From an uncultured Desulfobacteraceae bacterium (GTDB taxonomy: Bacteria > Desulfobacterota > Desulfobacteria > Desulfobacterales > UBA2174): a DNA stretch of 64,000 nucleotides. How positions within the stretch are numbered: the first letter of the stretch is position 1; each line of letters starts with the position of its first letter. The notes under the pieces are model-generated. The model was not told the origin of the DNA, made no database searches, and saw only the letters and a program-made list of their open reading frames with translations. Position numbers and translations under genes: made by a program. Of this stretch, positions 8,722-18,775 are shown in pieces. Location of the stretch: contig CALJLV010000086.1 in NCBI GenBank assembly GCA_937982505.1, forward strand, positions 10,990 through 74,989, read 5' to 3'.

Positions 8722-11205
8722 ATGAATCCCCTCACCGACGGAATCAGGATCGACATGGGTCTTGACCTGTTCGCCAAGGGCTTTGCTCCGGCCGAGCTTG
8801 AGAGCGCTTACTACGATCTGATCTCGGACCGGGAGCAAGAACGGCTCTTGTTTGAGGCGGCCAGCCTGGACGAGGTTGACGAATTTTACAACGATGGCGA
8901 ACCCGACATGGTCATGGAGTCCATCAAGGTCAAACGGTTTGCCCAAACCGAATCGAAGATGCGGGCACTGGTGCGCGTTTTGAACACACAGGCCCTAAAG
9001 GGCATTGCGGCCCTGGACGCACAGATCGGGCCACCTCGAAAGTCCGGGCTCTTCGCCACCGTGACGGTCCAAATCCCGATGACCGACGGCCAGATCCTTT
9101 CCATCGTGTTTCATTCCCCGACCGGGGATGAAAAGAAGATCCTGCCCGACGACATGATCGTGGCGTTTCGATGGTTGCTGAACAAGCGCGACATCACCCA
9201 CACGGTCAGCCCCGAGTGGGGCAAAGATGTGAGCCTCCAGACTGTGGCCAAGCGCGTGATGCAGATCGTGGCCAAAAACTCCGAGGCGTTTCAGCGCTCA
9301 CAGTCCGAAATCCAGGCACAGAAGGACGAACTGGCGACGGTGGAGCAGAGCGTCAAGGATATCGATGCCGCCAACCAGCAGACCGTGGCCCAAATCGCGG
9401 ACATGAAGATCGAGGCCGAACAGGTCGAGGATACCATCGAGGCGACCCGCCGGCGGCTGGAAAAGGTCCGCCAGGAAAACGACGACCTTGAGGCCCAGCT
9501 TGAGGCGCTGCGGAAACACAACGCGGAACGGGATGCACGGAAAAAAGAGGGTGCAGAACTTGTTCGCCTCAACGCCGTCGGGCAGGCCCGTGTGCCCGGG
9601 GTGCGGTTACAGGACGCCGAAGAGACCGGCAAAATGGCCGAAATGCTTGACCTGGGCGAGATCACCCAAGCGGAATGGGATGAGTTTGTCGCCGACCTGT
9701 ATGCTTCGGGCAAGGCCAAGCGGCCCGAACCGGAAAAGGTCGACGGCGGGACCAAACCGCCTAACGTGGTTGATCCGGCCGACCTCAACCCGACCGACCC
9801 GACCGACTATGCCAAGATCCTGGCCGATCCGGCGCTTCAGTTGGAGTACCAGGACATCCTTGATTCGTTCTTTCAGGAACGGTTCGCCAAACTTATATCC
9901 TACATGAAGGAGGACGGGTGGATCGAGCAAGGGACTGGCCTTCAAAAAACGGTGGGTGGCAAGCAGTACAATATGATGTCCTACTTCAAACAGGTTGGCG
10001 CAGGCAAAAACATTGTCGGGGCCAGTTATGAAGTCTTCAGCGGTAAGGACGTGGTCTTTGACCACCTTGACGATTTGGGCCACGACGTTCAGGCCCTTGC
10101 TACATGGATCAACAGCGCGGCAACCGGTCCCGAAGTCGGCATCCTGCCCCCCGCCGAACAGATCGACGGCAACCCGGCGAAGCGCGCCGCCAAGATCCTG
10201 CACTCCCTGGGCAAAGCCGAAGCCGCGATGAAGGACGATTTCCACGTCAAGCTCAAGAGCGGGGCCTATCAGGACCTGAGCATCGAGACCCACGACGAAG
10301 GCGGTGACAACCGGCGGATCTACTTCACCCATTACATCGAGGAGGGTGGAGATTTGATCATCGATTCCGAAATGGTGTTCCAGACCAACATCTATACCGG
10401 GTATCTGAAGCTGGCAGAAATCGGCTACCGCGGCCCAATGGGCGAGGTCCGGCGAACTTCCATCGGCAGGGCGGAAAAGTCGTGGGCGAACACCTTTTCG
10501 AAGAACCTGGTGGATCAGGGGTTTGAGAAGGGGAAAGAGGCCGGCGAAGAGGTTGCGCCCGAGCCGGCGCCCGAGCCAGAAAAAGAGAAAATGCTTGATA
10601 TTCTTAACGGAACACCATGGGCGACACAACGGAAACGGTTCGCTGAGCACATGATCGAGAGGGGCTTTCGGATGATCAATGCTATTGGCGGCGTTGATCG
10701 ATCCGCGATGGTTCAGACCGAATTCTCAAAAGAATTCTGGAGGGGCGAAGAAGTTAAAGAAATTGAGGTCGGATTGACGATGAATCCCCCTAAAAACGAT
10801 GTCAGGGTAAACATTGTTTCCTATGCGGCCCGCGAGTCACTTGTCCGCGCAGGTGGCAAGGCGGGGGAGGATGTCCAAAAAATGTTTGACCGTGCCTATG
10901 AGAAAATCAATGAGCATGAACAAGCCATGAAGCAAGCCGGATTTTTATTGGAGCCGGCCCCGCAACCTACCCCCGAACCCGAAGCAACCGGCCCCGACCC
11001 CAACGAGACTGCGGCCCTCCAGATCCTTGATTCCATCATCGGGGGCCAGTTCGGCAACGACACGGCCGGCATCGATGCGAAGCTGGACGAAGCCGCCGGC
11101 CTGCTGGAGGCCCTGGGCAAAATGGACCTGTACGACGACCGGCTGAATGCCGCGGCCGATGAACTGACCAAGCAGTTGGCCGAAAAAGCGAAGGAGGTGG
11201 CGTGA
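8722..11205 (+). CDS. large (827 aa) coiled-coil virion-associated protein, first gene of the polyvalent block (DarA-like role inferred from position only)
   Basis: GGAGA RBS. Long uninterrupted ORF with a central coiled coil (nt ~9290-9560) and Pro/Glu-rich linkers. No catalytic motif recognised. Confidence 0.6.
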   Translation: MNPLTDGIRIDMGLDLFAKGFAPAELESAYYDLISDREQERLLFEAASLDEVDEFYNDGEPDMVMESIKVKRFAQTESKMRALVRVLNTQALKGIAALDAQIGPPRKSGLFATVTVQIPMTDGQILSIVFHSPTGDEKKILPDDMIVAFRWLLNKRDITHTVSPEWGKDVSLQTVAKRVMQIVAKNSEAFQRSQSEIQAQKDELATVEQSVKDIDAANQQTVAQIADMKIEAEQVEDTIEATRRRLEKVRQENDDLEAQLEALRKHNAERDARKKEGAELVRLNAVGQARVPGVRLQDAEETGKMAEMLDLGEITQAEWDEFVADLYASGKAKRPEPEKVDGGTKPPNVVDPADLNPTDPTDYAKILADPALQLEYQDILDSFFQERFAKLISYMKEDGWIEQGTGLQKTVGGKQYNMMSYFKQVGAGKNIVGASYEVFSGKDVVFDHLDDLGHDVQALATWINSAATGPEVGILPPAEQIDGNPAKRAAKILHSLGKAEAAMKDDFHVKLKSGAYQDLSIETHDEGGDNRRIYFTHYIEEGGDLIIDSEMVFQTNIYTGYLKLAEIGYRGPMGEVRRTSIGRAEKSWANTFSKNLVDQGFEKGKEAGEEVAPEPAPEPEKEKMLDILNGTPWATQRKRFAEHMIERGFRMINAIGGVDRSAMVQTEFSKEFWRGEEVKEIEVGLTMNPPKNDVRVNIVSYAARESLVRAGGKAGEDVQKMFDRAYEKINEHEQAMKQAGFLLEPAPQPTPEPEATGPDPNETAALQILDSIIGGQFGNDTAGIDAKLDEAAGLLEALGKMDLYDDRLNAAADELTKQLAEKAKEVA

Positions 11206-11546
11206 TGGCCCTCGGATTCAAGGAAAAACGCGAGTTACAGCGGATCGTTTCGACCAAGCAAACGGAGCTGGGCGCCGGCGGCATGCCGTTTAAGGCCAAG
11301 CGCGAGGCCCAAAAAGCCATGGCCGACGCCCTGACCCGTCTCAATGCGGCCATCAAGAACAAGCCCGACCTGGCGGACGAGAACCAGAAGCTGGCCGACC
11401 TGATCGCGGGAAAGTTCAACGACGTGCCGCCCGAGCGGTTCCTGGCCATCCTCAAGGAGATCGTCAAGGAGATCGGAGACGTCGATCCGGTCAAGGAGCC
11501 TACGATTCGGTACATCGAGGCCAACGCCGAAAAGTCTGCTGCATGA
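11202..11546 (+). CDS. small helical protein
   Basis: GTG 11202 or ATG 11205 overlaps the previous stop, behind AAGGAGG. Lys/Glu-rich. Confidence 0.55.
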   Translation: MMALGFKEKRELQRIVSTKQTELGAGGMPFKAKREAQKAMADALTRLNAAIKNKPDLADENQKLADLIAGKFNDVPPERFLAILKEIVKEIGDVDPVKEPTIRYIEANAEKSAA

Positions 11547-13402
11547 CCGACGCCGCCTTTGTTACCAATCTGGTGCGGGAAGCGGATCATCTCTCCGATT
11601 TTGCCGGGGCGTTTGCTCGTCTTTTCGGATTCGAACTTTCTCATTTCGAGGAAGCGCTTGAGTCTTGGCAAGAGGCAAACGAAATGCTGGCACGGGTGAA
11701 GGCCGCCACCGATCCAATGGACAGGTTTGAGGCCTGGCAGGTATTATCCGGCTGGACCGGGTGGAAGAGGAGCATCGTTCAAAACGCGGTTGGCCAGGAG
11801 GAATTTCAAAATCTTTCCAGCCAGATCGTCTCTCTGAGCCCCGACAAGCCGCTGGGCCAGATCGCGCACGAAATTTATCTTGAGGCCGGCACCAAGGCGC
11901 TGGAGAAAATTCCCGATTCTTCTGCGCGGTACAACGAGATCCGGTCCCGTCTTTCGGAGCTGGATCAACAGGCCAAGAAAATTCTCACCGACTTGCAAGA
12001 GCGGTACGAGGACGAAAAGGACCGGATCAAAAAAAAGAGCGGGCACAAGGACCTGCTTGAACGGAAAAATGCGATATTGCTCGTTTTTTGCGATACCAGG
12101 GAGCATTTGTATAAGGCACATCGTCAAGGTGACTTTACCCTTGACGAACTCAAGCGCCGCCTGGATGAGGTCAACGTCGAGGAATCGCGTGAACTGGATC
12201 CTATCTGGAAGAAATTGCATTCGATTTCAGAACGCATAGACCAGTTGATGAACGACAACATGAGGGCCAGGGGCGAAGCCCTGAAAGATGTCGATGCCGA
12301 AAAGATCCGACTCATTGATGAATCGGCACAGATCGAGAAAGAGTTTTTCGCCTCTGTGATCAATGCCGTTCTCGAAAAATCCGAGGTGTCGCCCGAAGAG
12401 GCCGCGGCCTGGGCCGAAAAGCAAGAGTTCAGCGACGCTGCCAGGAGGCGCCTTGAAAAAATCGGATACCCGGTGGAAAGGGTACGACAGGACATGGCCG
12501 AGTTCTACCGGGCGGTCAACGGGCGCCTGGGAAAGGTGGATCTGGGCGCGACGCGGGGAAATCGCGCCTCTGCCAGAATAGGGGCCGGAGAAGTGAAAAT
12601 GACCGGCCGGTTCACTAAAACGACCCTTTGGCACGAGATGGGGCATCTGCTTGAACGCCACCAGCGGCTTTACCGGCTGTCGAATCACTTCCTGGATACC
12701 AGGACCGGCCGGCAGCAGGGCACGAGGCCCAAGTCGCTTCGGGTGCTGACCGGGATAAAGAGTTACAAGGCCGACGAAAAGGCGTATCCGGACGACTTCA
12801 TCGATCCCTATGTCGGGAAATGCTACCAGAACGGCACCACCGAAGTCTTTTCGATGGGGTTTCAACACTTTGCGTCTCCGGCAGAGGCAGCAGCTCTGTT
12901 TTCCAGGGACCCGGAAATGTTTCGCCTGATGGTGGGGATTATGTGTACCCCGATGGGAGAAATTGAGCGCGAAAACATTGGCAAGGTCATTCAGGCGGTC
13001 GAAAAGAAAAAGACGAGGGAAGCCGTCGTCAAGGAGTTTTTCAAAACCCTTGAGAAAAAGTCCAAGGGGATCGAGACAATGGTCGAGGGGACCATATTCA
13101 GGCTTCAGCAACAAGACCGGTGGGGCCAGAAACGGCCTGATTTTTACACCGTCGAGTGCCAAAAAAACGGCGCATGGAAATGGCTGGCGACTTTCAAATC
13201 GATCAAGGCGGCCAGGATGTTTTTATACCTGATCGTCTACGTCACAGAAGTTTCCGGCGTAGACCGGGCCCGGCAGCTCGTCGCGGATCTGATGGATGTC
13301 CAGCGGGGGAAAATCCCCTACGGGATCTTTGATCAAGAAAATCCGGTTGTCCCCGACATTCATCCCGATTCCATCCCTAAATCAATCCAAGAGGCAGCAT
13401 GA
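11543..13402 (+). CDS. zincin-like metallopeptidase domain protein (polyvalent-protein-associated type)
   Basis: HEMGH (HExxH) motif at nt 12642-12656 within TLWHEMGHLLERH. ATGA coupling to both neighbours. Confidence 0.7.
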   Translation: MTDAAFVTNLVREADHLSDFAGAFARLFGFELSHFEEALESWQEANEMLARVKAATDPMDRFEAWQVLSGWTGWKRSIVQNAVGQEEFQNLSSQIVSLSPDKPLGQIAHEIYLEAGTKALEKIPDSSARYNEIRSRLSELDQQAKKILTDLQERYEDEKDRIKKKSGHKDLLERKNAILLVFCDTREHLYKAHRQGDFTLDELKRRLDEVNVEESRELDPIWKKLHSISERIDQLMNDNMRARGEALKDVDAEKIRLIDESAQIEKEFFASVINAVLEKSEVSPEEAAAWAEKQEFSDAARRRLEKIGYPVERVRQDMAEFYRAVNGRLGKVDLGATRGNRASARIGAGEVKMTGRFTKTTLWHEMGHLLERHQRLYRLSNHFLDTRTGRQQGTRPKSLRVLTGIKSYKADEKAYPDDFIDPYVGKCYQNGTTEVFSMGFQHFASPAEAAALFSRDPEMFRLMVGIMCTPMGEIERENIGKVIQAVEKKKTREAVVKEFFKTLEKKSKGIETMVEGTIFRLQQQDRWGQKRPDFYTVECQKNGAWKWLATFKSIKAARMFLYLIVYVTEVSGVDRARQLVADLMDVQRGKIPYGIFDQENPVVPDIHPDSIPKSIQEAA

Positions 13403-16400
13403 TGGATTCATACGATATCGTTGTGGAAACGATAGACGGGCCTGTCAAAATCCTGATCGATCCGACCGAGTACGACGAGGCCGCGAGGGTGCGGATCGAA
13501 TCCTACGGCGGGGCCGAACTGCCCGCGATGTGGTTGCGGCGATATGCGGAGCGGGCCTCCGGAATGCGCGGCGGCGGGGTCAGTCTCGAATACGACAGTC
13601 CGGAGAACATCATCGCTGCTTTGATCAAGGCCGGATCTGATCCGGAAAGCCGGATCACCGGCCATGAAATCCGCTGGGGATTCGTGCCGGAGAACGAGGA
13701 CATGGTGGCAGAATCCGCCGACGACGTGTTGTTGCTACCGGCGCCGGAAACGCTGAAAGAAAAAATAGGGCGGATCAACGCGAAGAAGGCCCGGCAGACA
13801 GCGAGCGCCGGACGGATTGCCAAGGAGGCCGCTGGCCGGCCGGTAGTCCTTACAGAAGTTGGAAATGATCGACGCGGGGTCCTGATCCACAAGAGCACCA
13901 AACGCCCTGGGTTGGTACAGGTTTCGCGATGGGATGATCGCGGATTCAGCGGTGATTCGACGTTCGCAACCTTTGAGGCGGCCATCCACGATGCGATGCA
14001 AGACGGTTACGAGGTACCCAACAAGGCGGCGTTCAACCGGGTTTCTCAAACCAGCAGATTCCGGGCATACGTCAAGGCAAACGATCTGTTTCATGACTAT
14101 AGGAACGGCAAGCGCGGCGAGGGGGTTATTCACCTTCCCGATGGGATGGTGACCGAATCAGCATACGTCGATGCCTTGGCCCAAAAGACCGGCCTTGGGA
14201 TTGAAGAGGCGGAACGCCGGTGGAATCGGGCCAAGAAAATTGCCGAAGGGCAAACCGACATGACCGAGGACGACGGCGATGAATTTTGGGCCTATGTGAC
14301 CGGAGTGTTCAAGCGATCGATGGGGGTCCTGGAGGCGGCGGCTCTTGGTGGCTACAATTTTCGAACCGACCTGGCCCGGGCCGACGACATTGACGATATC
14401 TCGGAAGTTTTCCGCAAGCTATTCGGTGCCCCCCCGTCGCACAATTCGCCCTATTTCAAGGACACATTCACATCCGTCACGATGAAGATTGCCGACATGG
14501 TGCCCCGGGGCGCCGTGGACCCCGAACGGCTCAAGACCGCCCATGCGCGCATGAGGGCCGCCAAGGCCGGCGTTTTAGACAAGCGCAAGCCGATCTATGT
14601 CTTTGAGATGGGCAATGGCAAGTACAAGGTCCTGGACGGCAACACGACCCTTCACGCCCTGCTTGAATTGGGCGAAACCGAGGCCGTGGTGGAGGTCAAA
14701 AAGAGCCTCAAGCAGCAAGTCCCCGACCAGAACTCAATCGATGCGGTCTATGAGCAGGCCGAAAAAGCCCAGCCTCTCTTCAAGGCGTGGGCTGAGCGAT
14801 ACGCCGAGAGGACCGGCGGGAAGCTGATGCTTCGCCCTGGCCTCAAGGGGAAAAAGAGGGCCGGAGAGAAGGTCGCCAACGATTATGGCGGGGTTTCGGC
14901 CCGGCTCACCGATGTTGTCGGCGGGATGATCATTTTCGACACGGTGGAGCAAGTCGCCGCGGCCTACCGGATGATTGTGGCGGATCCGGCGGTTTACAAG
15001 GCCAAGAACCGATTCGAGAAGCCGACCAGCGACGGCTACATGGATGTCTTGTTTGCCGCCAATGTCGGCGGGCATCTGTGCGAACTCCAGCTCAACACCG
15101 AGGCCATTCTCGCCGCCAAGGAAAAGGGGCTGGGGCACAAAATCTATGAAGTGAAGCGCCAGATTGACCCCATAGCCAAGGATGTCGAGGCAAACGGAGA
15201 CCTGGCCTACATGGCGATGGGATACTCCGAGGAATTGCGGAAGTTGAGCGTGAAGTATTACCGCAAGGCCGCGATGTCCGATTCCAGTTCATCGGCGAGC
15301 AGCATTGCCTCGGATTCGGAAACCTCAGAAACATTGGACCGGATCCTGGCGAAGCTGTCCGGATCGGTGATCTCAACCCATTTCGACATAGACCTTCCGT
15401 CCATCCGAAACACCTTACCGCAAGACCGTTCGATGGCGAAGGCAACGTCTTCCTTTTCGCCGAACCAGAAATTATCCGAGAGTGACATTTCCCCTCCTTT
15501 GTTGGGTTCCGAAAATCTTACCAGAGCGGGCAAAAAGGTCAACGGCAAAGTAATCGTGGGCCGGCCGACGCGAAGCTATTTGAGCGATGATCGGATGCTC
15601 TACCTGCAATACGCCGTGGTCGAGGCCGCCGACTTGGTGACCAGTCACACCGAGGCCATGGGGTTGAGCGATGAATTCCCGCAAGAACTCCAGCCCCGCG
15701 ACCGGACCCGGGATGCGATGGTGCTCCAGGTCGAAAGAATCTCGAACAAGCTCAATCCGGACCGGATGGGCGGATCGCTCCAGGCATCGACGGGGTCGCC
15801 TATTGTCGGCCCGGATCTGATCGTGGAAAGCGGCAACGGCCGGACCATCGCGCTGCGAAAGCGCTACTCCCGCGATGAAGCCCCCGAGTACCGGGCCTGG
15901 CTGGCGGTCAATGCGGCGAAATTCGGGCTTCCCCGGGGAGAAGTGGAAAAACTCAGCCGGCCGGTTCTGGTGCGGGTCCGTCTCAACAAGGACATTTCCA
16001 GGATGGACGTGGCGGAAAAGTCCAATGCACCCGACATGGGCACCATGAGCCCGGCGGAACTGGCCGTGATGGATGCCCGTCGCCTGCCGGATGTCGCCCT
16101 GGACGCGCTGCGGCCGTCTGAGGACGGCGATTTTCTCAGCGCGGGCAACAGGGCATTCATGGATAAATTCGTCGCCCTGTTGGGCGCGGGTGAGATTTCC
16201 GGCCTGACCACGAAAAGCGGGCAGGCCACAAAGCAGCTTGCGGACCGGGCCAAGGCCGCGGTGTTCCAGCGGGCCTACGGGGACGCGAACCTGTTGGCCC
16301 TGGTGGCTGAGGAGGCAAATCCGGATCTCAAGAACGTACTGGCCGCCCTGACCCTGGGCGCCAAGGAGTTCGCCAAGCTCAAGATCCTGCCCGATGCCAA

Positions 16401-18708
16401 AGAACTGGCCGACAAGTTGACCCGGGCGCTGGTGGCGGGGGTTGGCCTGGTGCGCCGATCTCGAACCGGAGCGCAACCGATCGAGGAAACCATAGGGCAG
16501 TCGAGGCTTTTTGAAACCGTGCCCGAGGATGCCAAACACATCGCCCGGTACATCGATGCCAATATCCGGCGCCAGGCGCGCATGGGGGCGGTGTTCGGGC
16601 GCATGGCGGGGATCTTGCGCCAGTTCTACCTGGACCAGCGGCAGAAGAAAATGGACGGACGGCCGCCGGAGCCAGAGCCGACCATCAAGGGGGCGCTGGA
16701 CCGGGCCGCGAAGGAAAGCGAGCCGCAGAAAGGGCTTTTCGAGTCGGCCGGGGACTGGAAGGAGAAAATCCTTGCCGCCGAGTCGGTCGAAAATATCGAG
16801 AAGGTGTTCGATGCGGTGGGGATGAGGAGCGTCCAAAAACGAGAGAACCCGTTTAACAAATCTGTGGTCCGAAATGAAGTTTACCACGGCGGAAAAACCA
16901 ATAGAACCGAGTACAAACCGAACGATAAAGGGTTGATCTTCTTTTCCGAAGATCGGCATTACGCCGAATATTTTGGGGGTAAGGTAAATTCTGTTTTTTT
17001 AAATATTAAAAAACCACTTGACCTTACCGGGTGGAGCCCGGACGCATATATTTCGAGGGAAGAATGGGCGTCGTTTCTTGAGCGCAATGGAGTTGATACA
17101 GCAGAACTAAGGCTATCCGAAGGCGAACCCCTACAGCTTGTGTCTCAGCACAAAGACGGGGACGCGCTTGTGGGAGAAATAAAATTCGCCGGGTTCGACG
17201 GAATCAAGATGAACGAGTACGTGGAGGGATTTGGGAGCACCGTATCCTATGCCGTATTCAGCACCAATCAGGTCAAAATTATTGGCGACGATACATCAAA
17301 AAAAATCCCGAAGAGGTTCGACATAAAACATTGGGCAGCCGAAGACTATGAGGATGGCACTTTCAGCGTCGAGGACGGAAAGGGTGATTGGGTGTCCGAT
17401 GTCGAAGCATCGAACAAAAAAGAGGCGGTTGAAAAGGCGTACAAAGACAAAATAAAATTTCTCAAGCAGTTACACAGGGATGAAATACCGGCCGGAACCG
17501 ATATCCCCGATAGTTTGCCCGAAACCGGCATCCTCGAATCCGCCGGCCGGCCCCCGATGAAGTTCAAAACCAAGAAATTTGTGCTCCAGGACCGCTACCA
17601 ATTCCAGGGCATACCCGTATCGATCGAAAACAAGGCCGGGTCGGTCCGCAAGGGAACGGATTCGGACGGGCACGAATGGCAGACCAAGATGCGGTTCGAT
17701 TACGGCTACATCCGCCGGACCAAGGGCGCGGACGATGAGGGGATCGACTGTTACGTCGGCCCGGACCGCCAGGCCCAGCACGTCTATGTGGTCAAGCAGC
17801 ACGACATCGAGGCGGTCAAGGGGTGGGGCGGGGAGACCTGCCCCGAGTGCGGTGAGCACGTCCACGATTGCGCCTGTCCTGAATTTTTCGATGAGGACAA
17901 GGTGATGCTTGGTTTCCCGAACAAGCGGGCCGCGGTCGAGGCCTACCTCAAGCAGTACGATTCAGACCTTTTCCTTGGCCCGGTTTCCACCATGACGGTC
18001 GATGCGTTCCGGGAGCTGGTGACGGGGGATGAGGAAGAGGTAAAAATCCCGTTGCAGTTCGTGACCGAGGCCGCGGAGGTCAGAACACCGCTGACGGTTG
18101 CCGAAAATATTGAACGGGGACGCGAGGCAATGAAACGGGTCATTTCAAGGCATGTGGATGAGCCGCGGGCCATGTACCGGAAGGATTTAGGGTGGATCGC
18201 GTTTTATTGGGGGAGGGCCGGCGGACCACCGCCGAAGTGTAATGGTGGCCATGGTGTCGCCAAAATCATTGCGAAGCGTGACTGGGAGGGCGAGAACGAC
18301 CCAAGGTTTAAAGGGCAGACCGGCGCAAAGGTCGCCATGAAACTGGTTGATGTAATAGCCAGAAGTTCTCACCCCAAACGCTCCTATGGCCCGGTCGCTG
18401 GAACCCGCGTAGATTTGGAGCACGGGGGGTTTACAGCAGTGCTATCCCTTTTCAGGGGATGGGAGGAAGATGTTTGGCTGCTTTCGGGGTGGAAAAATAA
18501 AGACCTTGCTTCTGATGCGACCGGCGAGGGTAACGACTCAACCGGTGCTACGCACGACGGGCCTACACTTACTCGTTCCGTCGAGGGGGCAGATGGCAAG
18601 GTCTTTGAAGACAAGATACCACCGGAAGACGACGGTGTCAACTCGGCGGTTTTGGAGTCTGCATGGATCGGGATCTATCATTTGATGATCGGACAAAAAG
18701 ATGGTTGA
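13399..18708 (+). CDS. 1769-aa polyvalent protein (ParB-like / RelA-SpoT-like / DdrB-type ParB / ADP-ribosyltransferase / pyrophosphatase-like / BECR-type nuclease)
   Basis: Single uninterrupted ORF. Six recognisable enzymatic modules are listed separately, joined by Ser-rich and charged linkers. Confidence 0.85.
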   Translation: MMDSYDIVVETIDGPVKILIDPTEYDEAARVRIESYGGAELPAMWLRRYAERASGMRGGGVSLEYDSPENIIAALIKAGSDPESRITGHEIRWGFVPENEDMVAESADDVLLLPAPETLKEKIGRINAKKARQTASAGRIAKEAAGRPVVLTEVGNDRRGVLIHKSTKRPGLVQVSRWDDRGFSGDSTFATFEAAIHDAMQDGYEVPNKAAFNRVSQTSRFRAYVKANDLFHDYRNGKRGEGVIHLPDGMVTESAYVDALAQKTGLGIEEAERRWNRAKKIAEGQTDMTEDDGDEFWAYVTGVFKRSMGVLEAAALGGYNFRTDLARADDIDDISEVFRKLFGAPPSHNSPYFKDTFTSVTMKIADMVPRGAVDPERLKTAHARMRAAKAGVLDKRKPIYVFEMGNGKYKVLDGNTTLHALLELGETEAVVEVKKSLKQQVPDQNSIDAVYEQAEKAQPLFKAWAERYAERTGGKLMLRPGLKGKKRAGEKVANDYGGVSARLTDVVGGMIIFDTVEQVAAAYRMIVADPAVYKAKNRFEKPTSDGYMDVLFAANVGGHLCELQLNTEAILAAKEKGLGHKIYEVKRQIDPIAKDVEANGDLAYMAMGYSEELRKLSVKYYRKAAMSDSSSSASSIASDSETSETLDRILAKLSGSVISTHFDIDLPSIRNTLPQDRSMAKATSSFSPNQKLSESDISPPLLGSENLTRAGKKVNGKVIVGRPTRSYLSDDRMLYLQYAVVEAADLVTSHTEAMGLSDEFPQELQPRDRTRDAMVLQVERISNKLNPDRMGGSLQASTGSPIVGPDLIVESGNGRTIALRKRYSRDEAPEYRAWLAVNAAKFGLPRGEVEKLSRPVLVRVRLNKDISRMDVAEKSNAPDMGTMSPAELAVMDARRLPDVALDALRPSEDGDFLSAGNRAFMDKFVALLGAGEISGLTTKSGQATKQLADRAKAAVFQRAYGDANLLALVAEEANPDLKNVLAALTLGAKEFAKLKILPDAKELADKLTRALVAGVGLVRRSRTGAQPIEETIGQSRLFETVPEDAKHIARYIDANIRRQARMGAVFGRMAGILRQFYLDQRQKKMDGRPPEPEPTIKGALDRAAKESEPQKGLFESAGDWKEKILAAESVENIEKVFDAVGMRSVQKRENPFNKSVVRNEVYHGGKTNRTEYKPNDKGLIFFSEDRHYAEYFGGKVNSVFLNIKKPLDLTGWSPDAYISREEWASFLERNGVDTAELRLSEGEPLQLVSQHKDGDALVGEIKFAGFDGIKMNEYVEGFGSTVSYAVFSTNQVKIIGDDTSKKIPKRFDIKHWAAEDYEDGTFSVEDGKGDWVSDVEASNKKEAVEKAYKDKIKFLKQLHRDEIPAGTDIPDSLPETGILESAGRPPMKFKTKKFVLQDRYQFQGIPVSIENKAGSVRKGTDSDGHEWQTKMRFDYGYIRRTKGADDEGIDCYVGPDRQAQHVYVVKQHDIEAVKGWGGETCPECGEHVHDCACPEFFDEDKVMLGFPNKRAAVEAYLKQYDSDLFLGPVSTMTVDAFRELVTGDEEEVKIPLQFVTEAAEVRTPLTVAENIERGREAMKRVISRHVDEPRAMYRKDLGWIAFYWGRAGGPPPKCNGGHGVAKIIAKRDWEGENDPRFKGQTGAKVAMKLVDVIARSSHPKRSYGPVAGTRVDLEHGGFTAVLSLFRGWEEDVWLLSGWKNKDLASDATGEGNDSTGATHDGPTLTRSVEGADGKVFEDKIPPEDDGVNSAVLESAWIGIYHLMIGQKDG
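14470..14703 (+). other. ParB N-terminal-like domain
   Basis: KPIYVFEMGNGKYKVLDGNTTLHALLELGETEAVVEV resembles the ParB/Srx core (..v.DG.hR..A....g). Confidence 0.55.
14752..15162 (+). other. RelA/SpoT-like nucleotidyltransferase domain
   Basis: LKGKKRAGEKV ... RLTDVVGGMIIF ... DGYMDVLF ... HLCELQLNTEAILAAKE..GHKIYEVKR follows the order of small-alarmone-synthetase motifs (RIKS..S, D.aG.RII, GY.slH, EIQIRT...H..YK). Confidence 0.7.
15568..15993 (+). other. DdrB-type ParB-superfamily domain
   Basis: LQYAVVEAADLVTSH...ELQPRDRTRD...IVESGNGRTIALRKRY carries the QPRDR and GNGR signatures described for the P1 DdrB-like ParB clade. Confidence 0.6.
16846..17286 (+). other. ADP-ribosyltransferase-like domain (polyvalent-protein type)
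   Basis: VYHGG ... LIFFSEDRHYAEYF ... GIKMNEYVEG gives an H-Y-E-type arrangement. It coincides with a visibly AT-richer stretch. Confidence 0.6.
17572..18024 (+). other. inorganic-pyrophosphatase-like domain with inserted Zn ribbon
   Basis: PVSIENKAGSVRKG, DYGYIRRT and ADDEGIDCYV parallel the family-I PPase motifs IEIP.GS..KYE, YGFIP.T and DGDPLDVLV. CPECGEHVHDCACPEF is inserted. Confidence 0.6.
18091..18504 (+). other. phage Barnase-EndoU-ColicinE5/D-RelE (BECR)-like nuclease domain
   Basis: LGWIAFYWGRAGGPPPKCNGGHGVAKIIAKRDWEG resembles the WG....G.G..HI..KH signature of phage BECR modules. Confidence 0.5.
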
Positions 18709-18775
18709 CGCTACCGAAGCAACTAATTCGGTTGTGATTTCTCATCAAATGCCGTAAAGATTTCTTTATATCTTT

